A stretch of DNA of 64,000 nt from Carcharhinus longimanus (GCA_030264375.1 JASCQW010000162.1:111963290-112027289); one strand, 5' to 3'. Positions 51,901 to 63,466 are shown, counted from the stretch's first letter. Notes: generated from the sequence alone by a model not told the origin. Translations and numbers: made by a program.

Positions 51901-53487
51901 ATTAGGTAAAATTTCCTCCATTTGGTTTCCACACAGATTTCCGCATTGAACAAGCTGCAAATACTTTAGGATTAGGATTTTCTGTCTTAAGCTATTAGTA
52001 CTTTTGGTATTTGCATGCAAGATGTTGTTAGTGAAATTAGCATGAAAGATAAAATATAAAAATGTATAGTCTGGTTAATAACAATTATCAGAGTAATTAA
52101 ATTGTCAAAAAAGCATCTACTTTTTTGACCTTTGCCCTTGGGGGATTCCCATTTCTTTGGGTGCAAAGTTGGAATAAAGGGGCAAACACCTAGTTCATTG
52201 ACTCTCCTCTCCTTCATGTTGCTCTGAGATAACTGCAGCTTCCCTTTAGAGGGCAGGGGATGGTGGAACTGGATGAGGCCTCCTTGTCTGGTGTTTTGTC
52301 TGCTCCAAGAAGTCTCTTGGTGCATAGGCTCTTAGGGTGCTGTAGGCAGGTCGGAAAACTGATTTTACACTTCCTCCCAAAATGTTTGAATGCGATTATA
52401 GCTTTTTCTCTGCTAGCATCCATTAGTAACTAGAAAGCCATAAAATTTTGTGTTCTGATATGTTTAAAGTTGTGCCCTTTTTAATCTACAGCCCAGCCAT
52501 GACAATTGTTTAGGACACTTGTAGTACCTCTTGCCCTGAATAGAAATATATGCTTTGGGTGCACTGCTTTATCCAGTGCTGGGGTGGGGTGGAGGCAGTA
52601 AAATTTCAGGTAATCTTTTGAAATTGTCAGTGGACTAAGGCCTGAATTAATTTTTGCTCTAGCCACTCTGAACTGCATTTAATTATAACATGGGGTCTCA
52701 AAAGATATTATTAAAGAGATTATTATTAAGCAGCACTAATATCTCCTCTCACCACCCACTCATAAACAGAAATATATTTTGATTTGTTTCCCCCTTTATA
52801 AGTAGTGATGCATTTCCCAATCCCTTAGTTTTGGTGGATTGCAATCCACTTTTCTATCTATAACCCCACAGCAAACTTGAGATAGGATGAACTCAAAGGG
52901 TTAGTTTATTTGCAGACACTCGAAACATAGGGAGAGGGTTGCAACATTGTCTCCACACTCAGACCAACAAAAAGAAGGACTGGAAAACAAGAGTGCAGAG
53001 ACCACAGAGAGAAGAAATATTGTTTCACATAGGTTCCAGAGTCTTGAATTAAAGTCTAATGAGATATTTCTTCATGGAAGTCAGCAGGCTGCAAATCAAT
53101 GTTATATAATTTGTTTTTCCAGTGGTCTTGACTTCACACAATAAGACAGGCATGAATCAGTCTTCTAGGTAATGGGAGAGTATTTAGCAGAAGCAGTGTA
53201 GATGGGACCAGCTGCTCAAACTGGGCAGAGATTCTTTTCTGTGAGGCTGGCAGTTAGATGGTGAACAGCCAACTGAGATTTTCACTTCCACACACCAATA
53301 TTACTTGTTCCACAATCATGTCACATGATTCCCACCCCTCCAGCCTCTCTTTGACAAGGGATGTGTATCTATGGTCTAAGTCTCTGGGATTGTTAAATGT
53401 CTCAGTGGTTAAGAATTGAAAGAAAGTTTGCAGGGCACCTCTGTCTTAGCAGACAAATAGACTCCTAATGGTCAGAGTGGCACAATG

Positions 53488-53780
53488 GGTGGCATGGTGG
53501 CACAATGGTAAGCACTGTTGCCTCACAATGCCAGGGACTCAGGTTCAATTCGAGCCTTGGGTCACTTTCTCCTGTGTCTGTGTGGGTTTCCTCTGGGTGC
53601 TCTGGTTTCCTCCCACAGTCCAAAGATGTACAAAGGGTTAGATTGATTGGCCATGCTAAATTGACCCTATTGTCAGGAAAGTTAGCAGGGTAAATGATAG
53701 TTCTAGGAATAGGGCCTGGATAGAATTGTGGTTGGTATAGACTTGATGGGCCTCGTTCCGTACCATAGGGATTCTATGAG
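53488..53780 (+). mobile_element. HE1-like V-SINE
   Basis: Head, V-domain GTGTGGGTTTCCTCTGGGTGCTCTGGTTTCCTCCCACAGTCCAAAGA and tail GGGATTCTATGA. Confidence 0.85.
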
Positions 53781-56119
53781 AGTGGATTATGAAGTACAGA
53801 GAGCTGTATAGCTCCCTTTATGTTTGACCTAAGTAACCCACAGCCAGGTTTGTCACTGGCTCCCTAGAGATAACCATGTGCGAGTTTCCCTGAAATTGCC
53901 AAGTGGCTTCTATTGTTCTGGAATCACAGGCAGACATAAATTCAGCCATATTTAAAAGTCTTTTCCAGCTTCTTTAAATTTTAGAAATGACCACGAGGAT
54001 ATCAATATATATTTTCTAAAAATATACGGTGTGACATCTTAGTTCCCTTACGGGATACATACTTCTTCCCATTGACTTGTCTGCTGTTGTGCACTGCTTT
54101 TTTTCAGCTGAGAAGGACAGAATTAACTTGCCTAGATAAAATGGTCCTGTTTGAGGATTTTTATTGTGACTGTTTTACTCATAAGCAAAATGAAGCACTT
54201 TGCTTTCTTGCATTCCTCCACCTTGTGGTTTGCTTCAGAAATGACAAAATCTATGCAGCTAGAGAGGAACATTTTCATTCAAGGCCATCATTCAAGTTCA
54301 TGACGTAGCCCTCCAAGTGGATTCCTAATACTCAAGTTTAATTAGAATGCTACTTATTGCTGCATTTCAAAAAAATTAATTCATTTTAAATCTTCAAAAA
54401 ATGTTACTGATTATGAATGTTTAGTTAATACACTCACAAAACTAAACTCCCAGCCTTATTTAACACAAAACTATTTAGTAATTTAAGTTTTGATGATTCA
54501 ACAAATACTTTTCATAAGGAATGGATTTCTCTTTTGACCTGAAGAGGTAATATTGTACACAATAGTTATTCTATTGTTCTTACAATTAGTTACTTCAGCT
54601 AAAACAATAACATTTAAATTGATGCAGCATCAGTCCTTATAATCGGATGAATCCTCCTGAACTTACTTTTTAAAATGTGGTCTAAGTGGAATAAACCTAA
54701 CTATTCAATGTATATTGCTGCATACATAATGAATTACCATAAAGAAAATTTGGATCACTTACATTTGCACTTTCATACACATCTCCATCTCATTTAGTTA
54801 AAAGTTAAACTTGCAAAAATGCAAAATGTTGTGAACTTCCTTCCTGACCCTTTAATTCCAGTGAAGTGAAACACAGGAAAAAGCCAGTGAAATCCACACT
54901 TGTCCCAGATTTGATCTCTGGTTTATGCTGAACTAATGAATATGAATCCAGGATAGTCCTGGAGGAACTAAAATTGGTTTTGATATCCCCATTTTAAGGA
55001 ATGGAAAAAGTTAGCCTGATTGTGATTAGTAACCTCTCTGATTGTGATATCAATTCATGGTTGTGAGAAGAATTAACTATGATGTCTTACTTCCCCATGA
55101 ATAAATAGCCTGCTGCCATTCAGGCATAAATTATAACTTCAGTTACTGAGGCTCTTTGGCCCCCATTTTTACATCCAGTCCGATTTTACTTTACATTAAT
55201 TTTCATGGGGAATAAAATTGGCCAGGGTATAAAAAATGGAGGCTTAACCCAACTTTCCCTGTTTCCTGTTAGGTTAAGATGACCCCCTCGCTATTCAGTT
55301 AAAATAAGAATTGTGGTCACTTGGGAAGATATCAAATAATTGCTTTGACTGTGGAGCCAGTCCCAACCATTGGTTTCAGGAACACAGGAGAGAAAAGTTA
55401 GAGAAAAAAATAAACCCTTGAATTAATATAAAATAAATAAGTTATTCAACCTTGACTGATTGGCTTCCAGAAATGACATTCTCATGTTTCTGCAAATGTC
55501 TATGCTCTGCTTGGAAGCTTGGACCTAAATAATGGAATAACCTAATGAAATATAGAATTTATTGTTATTTTTCTTAAGAAGGAACTTGTTAGCGATCTCT
55601 TTGTTGTGTTTAGTTTCTGTGATATGGTAGCAACTGCTCGGAGAGTGTCCTGAACACTTACTTAACAGTTAAATGGGTGAAGTTTATTTCTTTAACTTAT
55701 AAAGCACAATGCAAATTAAGGCAATTTATAAACGACAAAGGTGTTCAAAGTGATGAGAACAGAACATTATATTTATGGCTTTCCTGACATGCTGATTGGA
55801 CCATTAATTGTGAGACAGTTTGATCAAGGACCAGGGCCTCTAACCAGCAGTAAAATGGACAGGGAATGATTTATAACTCATTTGCACCATTCATTACCTA
55901 ATTTAAAGTCAGAATCATTGATTGAGGCAGCACAGGAGGCTACTTGGTTCACAATGCATGTGTCAACTTCTTGAAAGAGATATTCAATTTGTACCAGCTG
56001 CTCTTTCCTCATCAAATATTTCTCTTACAAATGTGGGCTGTAACCTCCGAGCTTCCAAATGTTGGATTTGCAGGCTGGTTCTGGGCAATTGCCCTGTGCT
56101 AGAAACTATTGGAAAATTA

Positions 56120-56432
56120 CAGGGGAGATGATAGCATAGTGGTATTGTTACTGGCTAAGTAATCCAAAGACTAGGGTAAGACTCTGGCAATCTAGGTTCA
56201 AATCCCACTAAAGCAGATGGTGGAATTTAAAGTCCAGTGATGACCAAATTTTTGTTGTAAAAATCCAGTAGGTTCACTAATATCCTTTAGGGAAGGAAAC
56301 TTGCTACCCCTACATAGTATGGCTTACATATGACTCCAGATGCTCTCCGAAATGGCCTAGCAAGCCACTCAGTTCAAGGGCAATAAATGAAGGCCCAACC
56401 AGTGACACTCACATCCCCTGAACAAATAAAAG
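56120..56432 (+). mobile_element. SINE family B
   Basis: GGTTCAAATCCCAC; GGTTCACTAATATCCTTTAGGGAAGGAAA; GAAATGGCCTAGCAAGCCACTCAGTTCAAGGGCAATAAATG. Confidence 0.75.
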
Positions 56433-56609
56433 AAAATGTGATTTAAATTGCAAACTTTGGATGATTACACAAATGGTCACCGAGAAAAAGTTAGNNNNNN
56501 NNNNNNNNNNNNNNNNNNNNNNNNNNNNNNNNNNNNNNNNNNNNNNNNNNNNNNNNNNNNNNNNNNNNNNNNNNNNNNNNNNNNNNNNNGTCTGAGGCCA
56601 GAACTCTCC

Positions 56610-56649
56610 ATTCACCTGACGAAGGGACTAACCCCGAAAGCTAGTGAGT
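56610..56649 (+). ncRNA. Minimal type I hammerhead ribozyme motif in a Penelope-derived repeat (56590-56690)
   Basis: ATTCAC-CTGACGA-A-GGG-ACTAAC-CCC-GAAA-GCT-A-GTGAGT. Intact core, stem II GGG/CCC, stem I ATTCAC/GTGAGT, palindromic AGCT at stem III. Activity untested. Confidence 0.6.
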
Positions 56650-57244
56650 CTACTATCAAATAAATCAGTTGGACTTAAACCTGGTGTTGCCTCACTAATC
56701 ACACCCAGAGCCCAACACCTCACTCCTATCTGATCTTTGATCTCTCTCACCTCCCAAATTCTATCCACTTATCTTGGAGCCTAACACTTAGGCACTTACC
56801 TTCTCCCCATACTGTCAATTTCATTGGACCTTTAAAATTACTTGGCAATTCAACTCTCCTGCACTTTGATGCTGGGTCTCAGGACAAGCTGTGCTGCCTG
56901 GATCTTGCCTCACCTGTGTTGGAAGGTTGGGCAAGACGGACATGGAATAAATTTCACATAAGGAATTGGGCAACCTGAAGCTGACTGCTACTCCAAGAAA
57001 ACGACAACCCAATTAATCCAATTCCTTTTGAACAGTGCAGTACTGAATCTAATTCCCTCACCCAGTTTGTGCATTACAGATCACCATAACCAATTGCTTA
57101 ATTTCTTCCCCTCATGTTGTCTCTGTTTCTTTTGTCAATTACCTTAAATCTGCATACTTTGCCACTGGTAACAGTCTCTACTCTTTCAAAACCCTGCAAG
57201 GTTTTGAACATTCCTCCTTTAAGCATCTCAACTGAGAACAAATT

Positions 57245-57510
57245 GCTGCCTCACGGTTCCAGGGACCTGGGTTCAATTCCATCAATTGGATCATTGTCTG
57301 TGTGGAGTCTGCATATTGTCCCCATGTCTGGGTGCTCCAGTTTCCACACACAGTCTGAAAGACATGCTGGTTAGATGCGTTGGCCATAGTAAATTCTCCA
57401 TCAATGTATCCGAACAGGCGCCAGAGCGTGGCAACTAGGGGATTTTTACAGTAACTTCATTGCAATGTTACTGGAAGGGTACTTGTGATGCTAAAAAAAA
57501 GTTTCATTCT
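57245..57510 (+). mobile_element. V-SINE variant with the alternative tail
   Basis: Head TGCTGCCTCACGGTTCCAGGGACCTGGGTTC and tail CCGAACAGGCGCCAGAGCGTGGCAACTAGGGGATTTTTACAGTAACTTCATTGC, matching 6698-6990. Confidence 0.7.
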
Positions 57511-59363
57511 TTTCATGTATCTGAGGTCTTTCCAACCTGGTACCATTCTCATATTCTCCTCTGTAACCTCCAGGCAAGTTTGCGATGCCTCTCCTCATTT
57601 TATGAACGAAAATGAATACTTTTACACTCCTTCATCTAAAATTTCATCTGTCATGTGTCTGCCCATTTCACCAGACTATCTACATTTTAATCTTGAAACT
57701 TAACCAGACTGATTGACACATCTGGTTTTCCTTAATCATGAGACTGTGCCATGAGGCGTGGTCAACAGGAAGTGATTGAGTGGTGGCTGGAGGGGGGCCT
57801 AATGTGAACCAGGAAGTGGGAGTTGAGTGTGACCACCATATATTGCAGCAAATAGTGGTCTGACTGTTGCACTTAGGAAGTGCATGGAGATATTGCACTT
57901 AGCAACATGCATGGAGATGTTATGACAGCAATTAAGATTGTTATGATCCCCACAGAGACCAATAACCTGCAAAGAAAAGGAAAAGGTATTGATGGACGAG
58001 ATGTCACTTTTTAAAACATTCACTGGAATAGTCAAACCCCTGGGGGTCATGGATAAGATTATCGTCAGTAAGACATACTTCTATGAATCCTTACTCCCAA
58101 GGGTCACAACAACGCACTCCAGCATTCCTTTTCAATCAGCCATGTAATAACAACCTAGTTCATGATTTAGCCATTTCTGGTAGAAACACCCAGCTCTTGT
58201 GTATCTCTGTACTAGTCACACAGTTTTCCAGGTTTTAAGTCTTTTGAACCAGCTTACACAGTGCCTCCAAGAGTTCCTCTCTCCTTTGCTGCAAAACTGC
58301 AAAACAGAGAAAAACTGACCTCTTGCTTTGAGAGATTTGCTTCTTCTCCTCACAATAATTCCATGTGCACTAGTGCAAATAATACGTGGTAACCAGAAAC
58401 AGCAATTAATTACTGTTTGTCTCCTTTTAGCTAACTCTCAGTTCCTTAGCAACGTAGATCATAGCCCAGTTCATGGTCTTGTCTCTTAACTGTACTCCAA
58501 CTCCCTAGCAACCAGGAGTTGGGTTAGTTTCTCTGTATTCTAATAACCTCATAGTCAGGAATCCAATTATACCCCTCTTTCCATAAATATCTTTAGTTTC
58601 ACTTTGGATATAAAGAGATATCTCACATATACAAAGTACAGAGTTTAATGTAAGGCAAAGTATCGGTTCTGTTTGGAATTAGAGAAGAATGTGATTGTCA
58701 AACATTGGACTAGGCCAGAGATGTTCTGCAGTGACAGGCAGGTACATCATTGGCTTGATTTTTGCTACAGAAGTGGGAACCTCTGTAGCAACTAGCAGGT
58801 AGGAACTAATATGTTTTGGATCAGGAACCTGCCTCTAGGAGAAAGTTAATTGGTCAGATCTTCACATATGGAGGCCCTTAATTGATCTGGAGACAGTTTC
58901 CTGTCCAGTTAGAGCCAATGGAAATGGGAATGGAGGTGGGTCAGATGAAATGTGGGACTTATTTAGATTTCCACAGCAGTTATCACTGAGGCTGCTGGTT
59001 GTCCTGAGGGAAAGATCTGTGGTTTGTGCCAAAACTTTCCACTGCAGCAGAGGGAAGCAAGATGTCACAGGAGCTGGAGGCATAGAACCTGGGTCAAGGC
59101 AATCTCTTGCTACATCAGTGCTGTCCTTGATCTAATGCTGGAGGCTGCGAGGGAGAGGAGGAAGGTCTTCATCAAGGAGTGTGGCTGGAGGAGCCTCTCT
59201 GTTCAGCATCATCTTAATCTCAAATCTGTCTCCAATTCACCCTCCTCTCACACCTCCTCGTCCTCCCTGGATGAGCTGTATCTTTCTAGTGCCTCATATT
59301 GGTATTGAGTGGGTTAGGCAGCTGATCTTAAAGGAAATTCTGCTAGTCCTGGGGGTGAGGGGA

Positions 59364-59682
59364 GGGCACGATAGCACAGTGGTTAGCACTGCTGCCTCAC
59401 AGTGCCAGAGACCTGGGTTCAATGCTGTCCTTGGGTCACTGTCTGTGTGGCATTTGCACATTTTCCCTGTGTTTGTGTGGGTTTCCCTCGGATGCTTCAG
59501 TTTCTTACCACAGTCCAAAGATGTGTGGGTTAGGTTGATTGGCCATGCTAATTTGATCCTTAATGACTGGGGACTAGCAGAGTAAATACATGCGCTATAT
59601 AGGGCCTGGGTGTTATTGTTGGTGCAAGCTTGATTATGCAAATGGCCTCCTTCTACACTGTAGTGATTCTAAGATTCTATGA
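59364..59682 (+). mobile_element. HE1-like V-SINE inserted in the Harbinger remnant
   Basis: GGGCACGATAGCACAGTGGTTAGCACTGCTGCCTCACAG ... ATGGCCTCCTTCTACACTGTAGTGATTCT. Confidence 0.85.
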
Positions 59683-59956
59683 GTCATGTAATGAAGAGCA
59701 CAGCAAACCACCATAATGACCAAGATCATTGTAGGACAGGTTTGGTGAGCAGCATTTGACCACGCATTGGAATTTCATCTTCTAAAGTCCAATATCCTGT
59801 ACATTTTTTGTCCTATTGAGTGGTGGTATAGGTTGTATCACCACTGGGCCTCTGTCTAGGCTCTATTAGAGAGGTCAACAGCCATCTCTTCATTCTCAAT
59901 CCTCTAGGATTTATGCAGGCACATTGAAGTTGGAATGAATATTTGAGGCATCTGGA

Positions 59957-60400
59957 TTAGTGAAGGATGAAGGGGTCATGGCAGATGTCAGGAAAGTGAG
60001 CGTATCCAAAAAGGAAGCTTTTGCTATGATCACAGACCAATTGGACATTGAGGTAGTGAAAGCACTTCCTTCTGATGGACCTCACTAAATTGTCGCTGGG
60101 TGCCTTGATGGTAATGTGGGTGCAATTGGTGATGTTCTGCATCTGGGAGAATCCAACAATAGAAGAAAATTTCATGTTCTCTGTCGCTATGAGGCCCAGT
60201 CAGTTATTAAATGTCAGCTTTGGCAATGACGACAGCAGTGACCAGTGAATTGCAGTAATGTGCAGCCATTTTTAAGATGTCACCAAGGTCCACGGCTTTT
60301 CCTTGAAAAGAGACAGAAGTGAAGAAGTTCAAGATAACAGTAACTTTGATTGCCACTGGCACTCTTGTGGTGCCTTTGCCTTCGTTCCCATCTTTAGATT
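59957..60400 (-). pseudogene. Decayed PIF/Harbinger (HARBI1-like, DDE_Tnp_4) transposase fragment
   Basis: Two broken ORFs: VPVAIKVTVILNFFTSVSFQGKAVDLGDI..AAHYC and FSSIVGFSQMQNITNCTHITIKAP...RRKCFHYLNVQLVCDH...FPDICHDPFIL. These match the Harbinger motifs GFP...IDCTH, NRKG.HS.NVQ..CD and PGS.HD..I. Confidence 0.85.
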
Positions 60401-61542
60401 GGCCTTGAAAATTCAGCCTCACGACTCTGATATAAGTAATAATCTGTCTTCTTAAAAGCATTATTAAAAATTCTTTACATGGCAGCACTTTCATACTCTG
60501 CATATCACATTGTATTATAATTCAGATGGGGTTTGTGATTCCTCATCAACCTGAAAAGGGTCCTTCAATCAAAAGAGTTTGAGAATCACTGTCACAGTAA
60601 TTTTATACCCATGCAGCCACTCTCCTATAATCCCATGGGTCTCAATATTTTACATCAAATCTATTAGGTGACAATCTAACAAACGTCTTTTGAAAATCTA
60701 AACATGTAAATTTAACTGCATGACCCTTATCCACCCTCTTTGTTATTTTAATCAAAGAACTCAATAGTCAACATGATTAATCTTCAGCAAATCTATGCTA
60801 ACTTTCACTTATTAAGCCATATTTTTCAAGTATCAAATAATTTTGCCCAGGTTAATATCTTCCAAAGTTTCCCCAGCAATAATGTTTGACCAATTGTTTC
60901 AAAATATTGTGAAAATTTCAGTGACTGTCTTTTTGAGAAGATGATAACTATTTTATGTTTTATAATTTTATATGATAGGTCAACAAATTTGACAACTAAC
61001 TTGACCAGAAGGCCACATAGCATAATTATGACTGGGCAATGACCAATGTGAGATTTATTACCTAAGACAAAGGTACCAAGCCATCATTCTCCAGAGAATT
61101 TCCATGCCTAGGGGAGGACTGAGAATTTCCAGTGTCTAATGCATTTTAATGACTGTCGGGGGTATACTTAAAAATTGATCATCAGGAGAGCATGGATGTG
61201 AATGGATGAATGCTTTGTCCTCAGGGTAACTTGTGAATCAAAACTGACACCATATTGAATTTACACTCTGTTCTATGTCAAACTCAAGTGGTGGGATAAT
61301 TCCTCCAGTCAAGGCACACCTAATTCCAGACTTACATTGCATGTTTCGCATTACTGGTATTCTTTAAATTACTTTTGCATATTATCTTCACAATAATGGT
61401 GCATTTATACTGCATTTATGATGCTGAGACCAAGAGAATTATTTTATGTTCTTGCCTGTTAAAACCTTGCCTGACCCATTGCTGGAGTGAAACTTTAAAT
61501 ATCCTGATAAAGAGAGTTCTATCTCTGCATGCTGGATACATG

Positions 61543-61702
61543 ATATGGAGATGCCAGCGTTGGAATGGGGTAAGCACAGTAAGAAGTTTCACAACACCTG
61601 GTTAAAGTCCAACAGGTTTATTTGGCAGCACAGGCTTTCGGAGTCTGGCTCCTTCTAAACCTGTTGGTCTTTAACCAGGTATTTGAAAACTTCTTACTGT
61701 GC
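61543..61702 (-). mobile_element. Penelope-derived insert with inverted arms and an 11-bp target-site duplication
   Basis: CTGGATACATG at 61532-61542 and 61703-61713. Inverted arms at 61574-61620 and 61656-61702. Confidence 0.75.
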
Positions 61703-61888
61703 CTGGATACATGGAGGGACAGAACTATCTCCTAAAAGTTAGTTTTTTAAATGTTCATGAAACAGGGTAGATAGAAATTCCACATTTTAGACATTTAGTT
61801 TAAAGTCAGGCAGGTGTGCAGAGTATACAGAAAATCTGCGCTGAAGCATTTTGCATACCAGATGTGAGGCCTGTACCACATTTACAAT

Positions 61889-62422
61889 AAGAAGTCTGAC
61901 AACACCAGGTTTAAGTCCAACCGATTTATTTGATAGTAAACAGACATCAAGTTTTTACAGAGGTGCAAGTAAGCAGGNNNNNNNNNNNNNNNNNNNNNNN
62001 NNNNNNNNNNNNNNNNNNNNNNNNNNNNNNNNNNNNNNNNNNNNNNNNNNNNNNNNNNNNNNNNNNNNNNNNNNNNNGAGAGGATCTCCAAGAAGATTGC
62101 GCATATCGACACAGACATCAAGTTTTTACAGAGATGCAAGAAAGCAGACAAGATTCGCATTCTAATCAGTAATCTGTAAACTGTCTGTGCTGTATATGCT
62201 CTGCCTGAGGCCAGAACTCTTCATTCACCTGACCAAGAGGGAACCCTTGAAAGCTTGTGAGTTTACTATCAAATAAATTGGTTGGACTTAAACCTGGTGT
62301 TGTCAGACTTCTTAATGTGTTTACCCCAATCCAACGCTGGCACCTCCACATCATGACTACTATTGACACCGCAAACTGCTGGATCCAAGTGGAGAGGATC
62401 TCCAAGAAGATTCCACATCATG
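61889..62422 (+). mobile_element. Non-autonomous Penelope derivative, partial tandem of a ~314 bp unit with an inverted 5' segment
   Basis: 14-bp direct repeat ACCACATTTACAAT at 61875-61888 and 62423-62436. GAGAGGATCTCCAAGAAGATT at 62078 and 62392. Hammerhead-like core at 62223-62262. Confidence 0.7.
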
Positions 62423-62859
62423 ACCACATTTACAATCCATGTACTATCCAACCAAATTAGTGTGAACTGAGAGGTGTCAGCCCACAGTCAGGTTTGCTCC
62501 AGACTCTGAAATTCCATTGTCAATATTGTGTTTGTGGAAAGGCTAAAATTGTTCCGTACTGATGATAAACTTCAGTGCAAAGACACTCTGAACATAAACC
62601 TTCATTGTCACTCCTGGGACCTTTTCAAGTTAAGTTGCTCATTCTATTCCCTGGATGGTGGTGACTGATTCTTTCTCCCAATTCATTGTGAAATTAAATT
62701 TGCTTTTTGCAGAACAAGTGAGGCAAATCCTTCAAGTGCATCCACTTCATTGAGTGGCTGTTGTGAATATTGTGGATGAGTGTTGATTTGCTTGGAATTG
62801 CCCTTCCGCTGGCTAGCCTGTGTCGGTGGGGTGGTTGAAGTGGAACTGGCCAGTCTTTC

Positions 62860-63154
62860 TGTAAAGTGATGGAAGTGGTGTTACCTAGCCTGTGTGTAAG
62901 GTGATTGAACAGGAGTTACCTAGCCTGTGTTTGAGGTGATTGAAGTGGTGTTACCTAGCCTATGTGTGTGAGGTGATTGAAGTGGTGTTACCTAGGCTGT
63001 GTTTAAGGTGATTGAAGGGGAATTACCTAGCCTGCATGTAAGGTGATTGAAGTGGTGTTACCTAGCCTGTGTGTGTAAGGTGATTGAAGTGGTGTTACCT
63101 AGCCTGTGTGGGTAAGTTGATTGAAGTGGTGTTACCTAGCCTGTGAGGGTAAGG
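62860..63154. repeat. Minisatellite, 35-37 bp unit (AGGTGATTGAAGTGGTGTTACCTAGCCTGTGTGT-like), at least 8 copies, running into a gap
   Basis: TTACCTAG at 62881, 62916, 62951, 62988, 63023, 63058, 63095 and 63132. Confidence 0.92.
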
Positions 63155-63356
63155 NNNNNNNNNNNNNNNNNNNNNNNNNNNNNNNNNNNNNNNNNNNNNN
63201 NNNNNNNNNNNNNNNNNNNNNNNNNNNNNNNNNNNNNNNNNNNNNNNNNNNNNNNNNNNNNNNNNNNNNNNNNNNNNNNNNNNNNNNNNNNNNNNNNNNN
63301 NNNNNNNNNNNNNNNNNNNNNNNNNNNNNNNNNNNNNNNNNNNNNNNNNNNNNNNN

Positions 63357-63466
63357 CGCGGTGGGAACCGGCTGCACCATTCGGCCGGGGAGAGGGAGCG
63401 GGAGCAGCTGCCTTAGCGACCTGGGCCTGAGTGGAATAACGGAGAGGGAGAAGCGGCGGCAGGAAG
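63357..63466 (+). other. Putative non-coding first exon in a CpG island of a plus-strand gene (possibly PTPDC1 by synteny)
   Basis: Abrupt GC/CpG-rich block 63357-~63750 with a strong donor AAG|GTAGGT at 63466/63467. The 5' end is hidden in an N gap. No coding evidence for identity. Confidence 0.5.

Noticed and set aside
58000-58620. Possible solo LTR
   Set aside because: Composition is suggestive, but I could not identify TG...CA ends, a TSD or a second copy.
59957-60503. Possible domesticated HARBI1 gene
   Set aside because: Broken into two ORFs, a catalytic residue is altered and there is no exon structure, so it is a transposon fossil.
62860-63154. 35-37 bp periodic repeat resembling a CRISPR array
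   Set aside because: Units are head-to-tail with no unique spacers, there are no cas genes, and the context is vertebrate.
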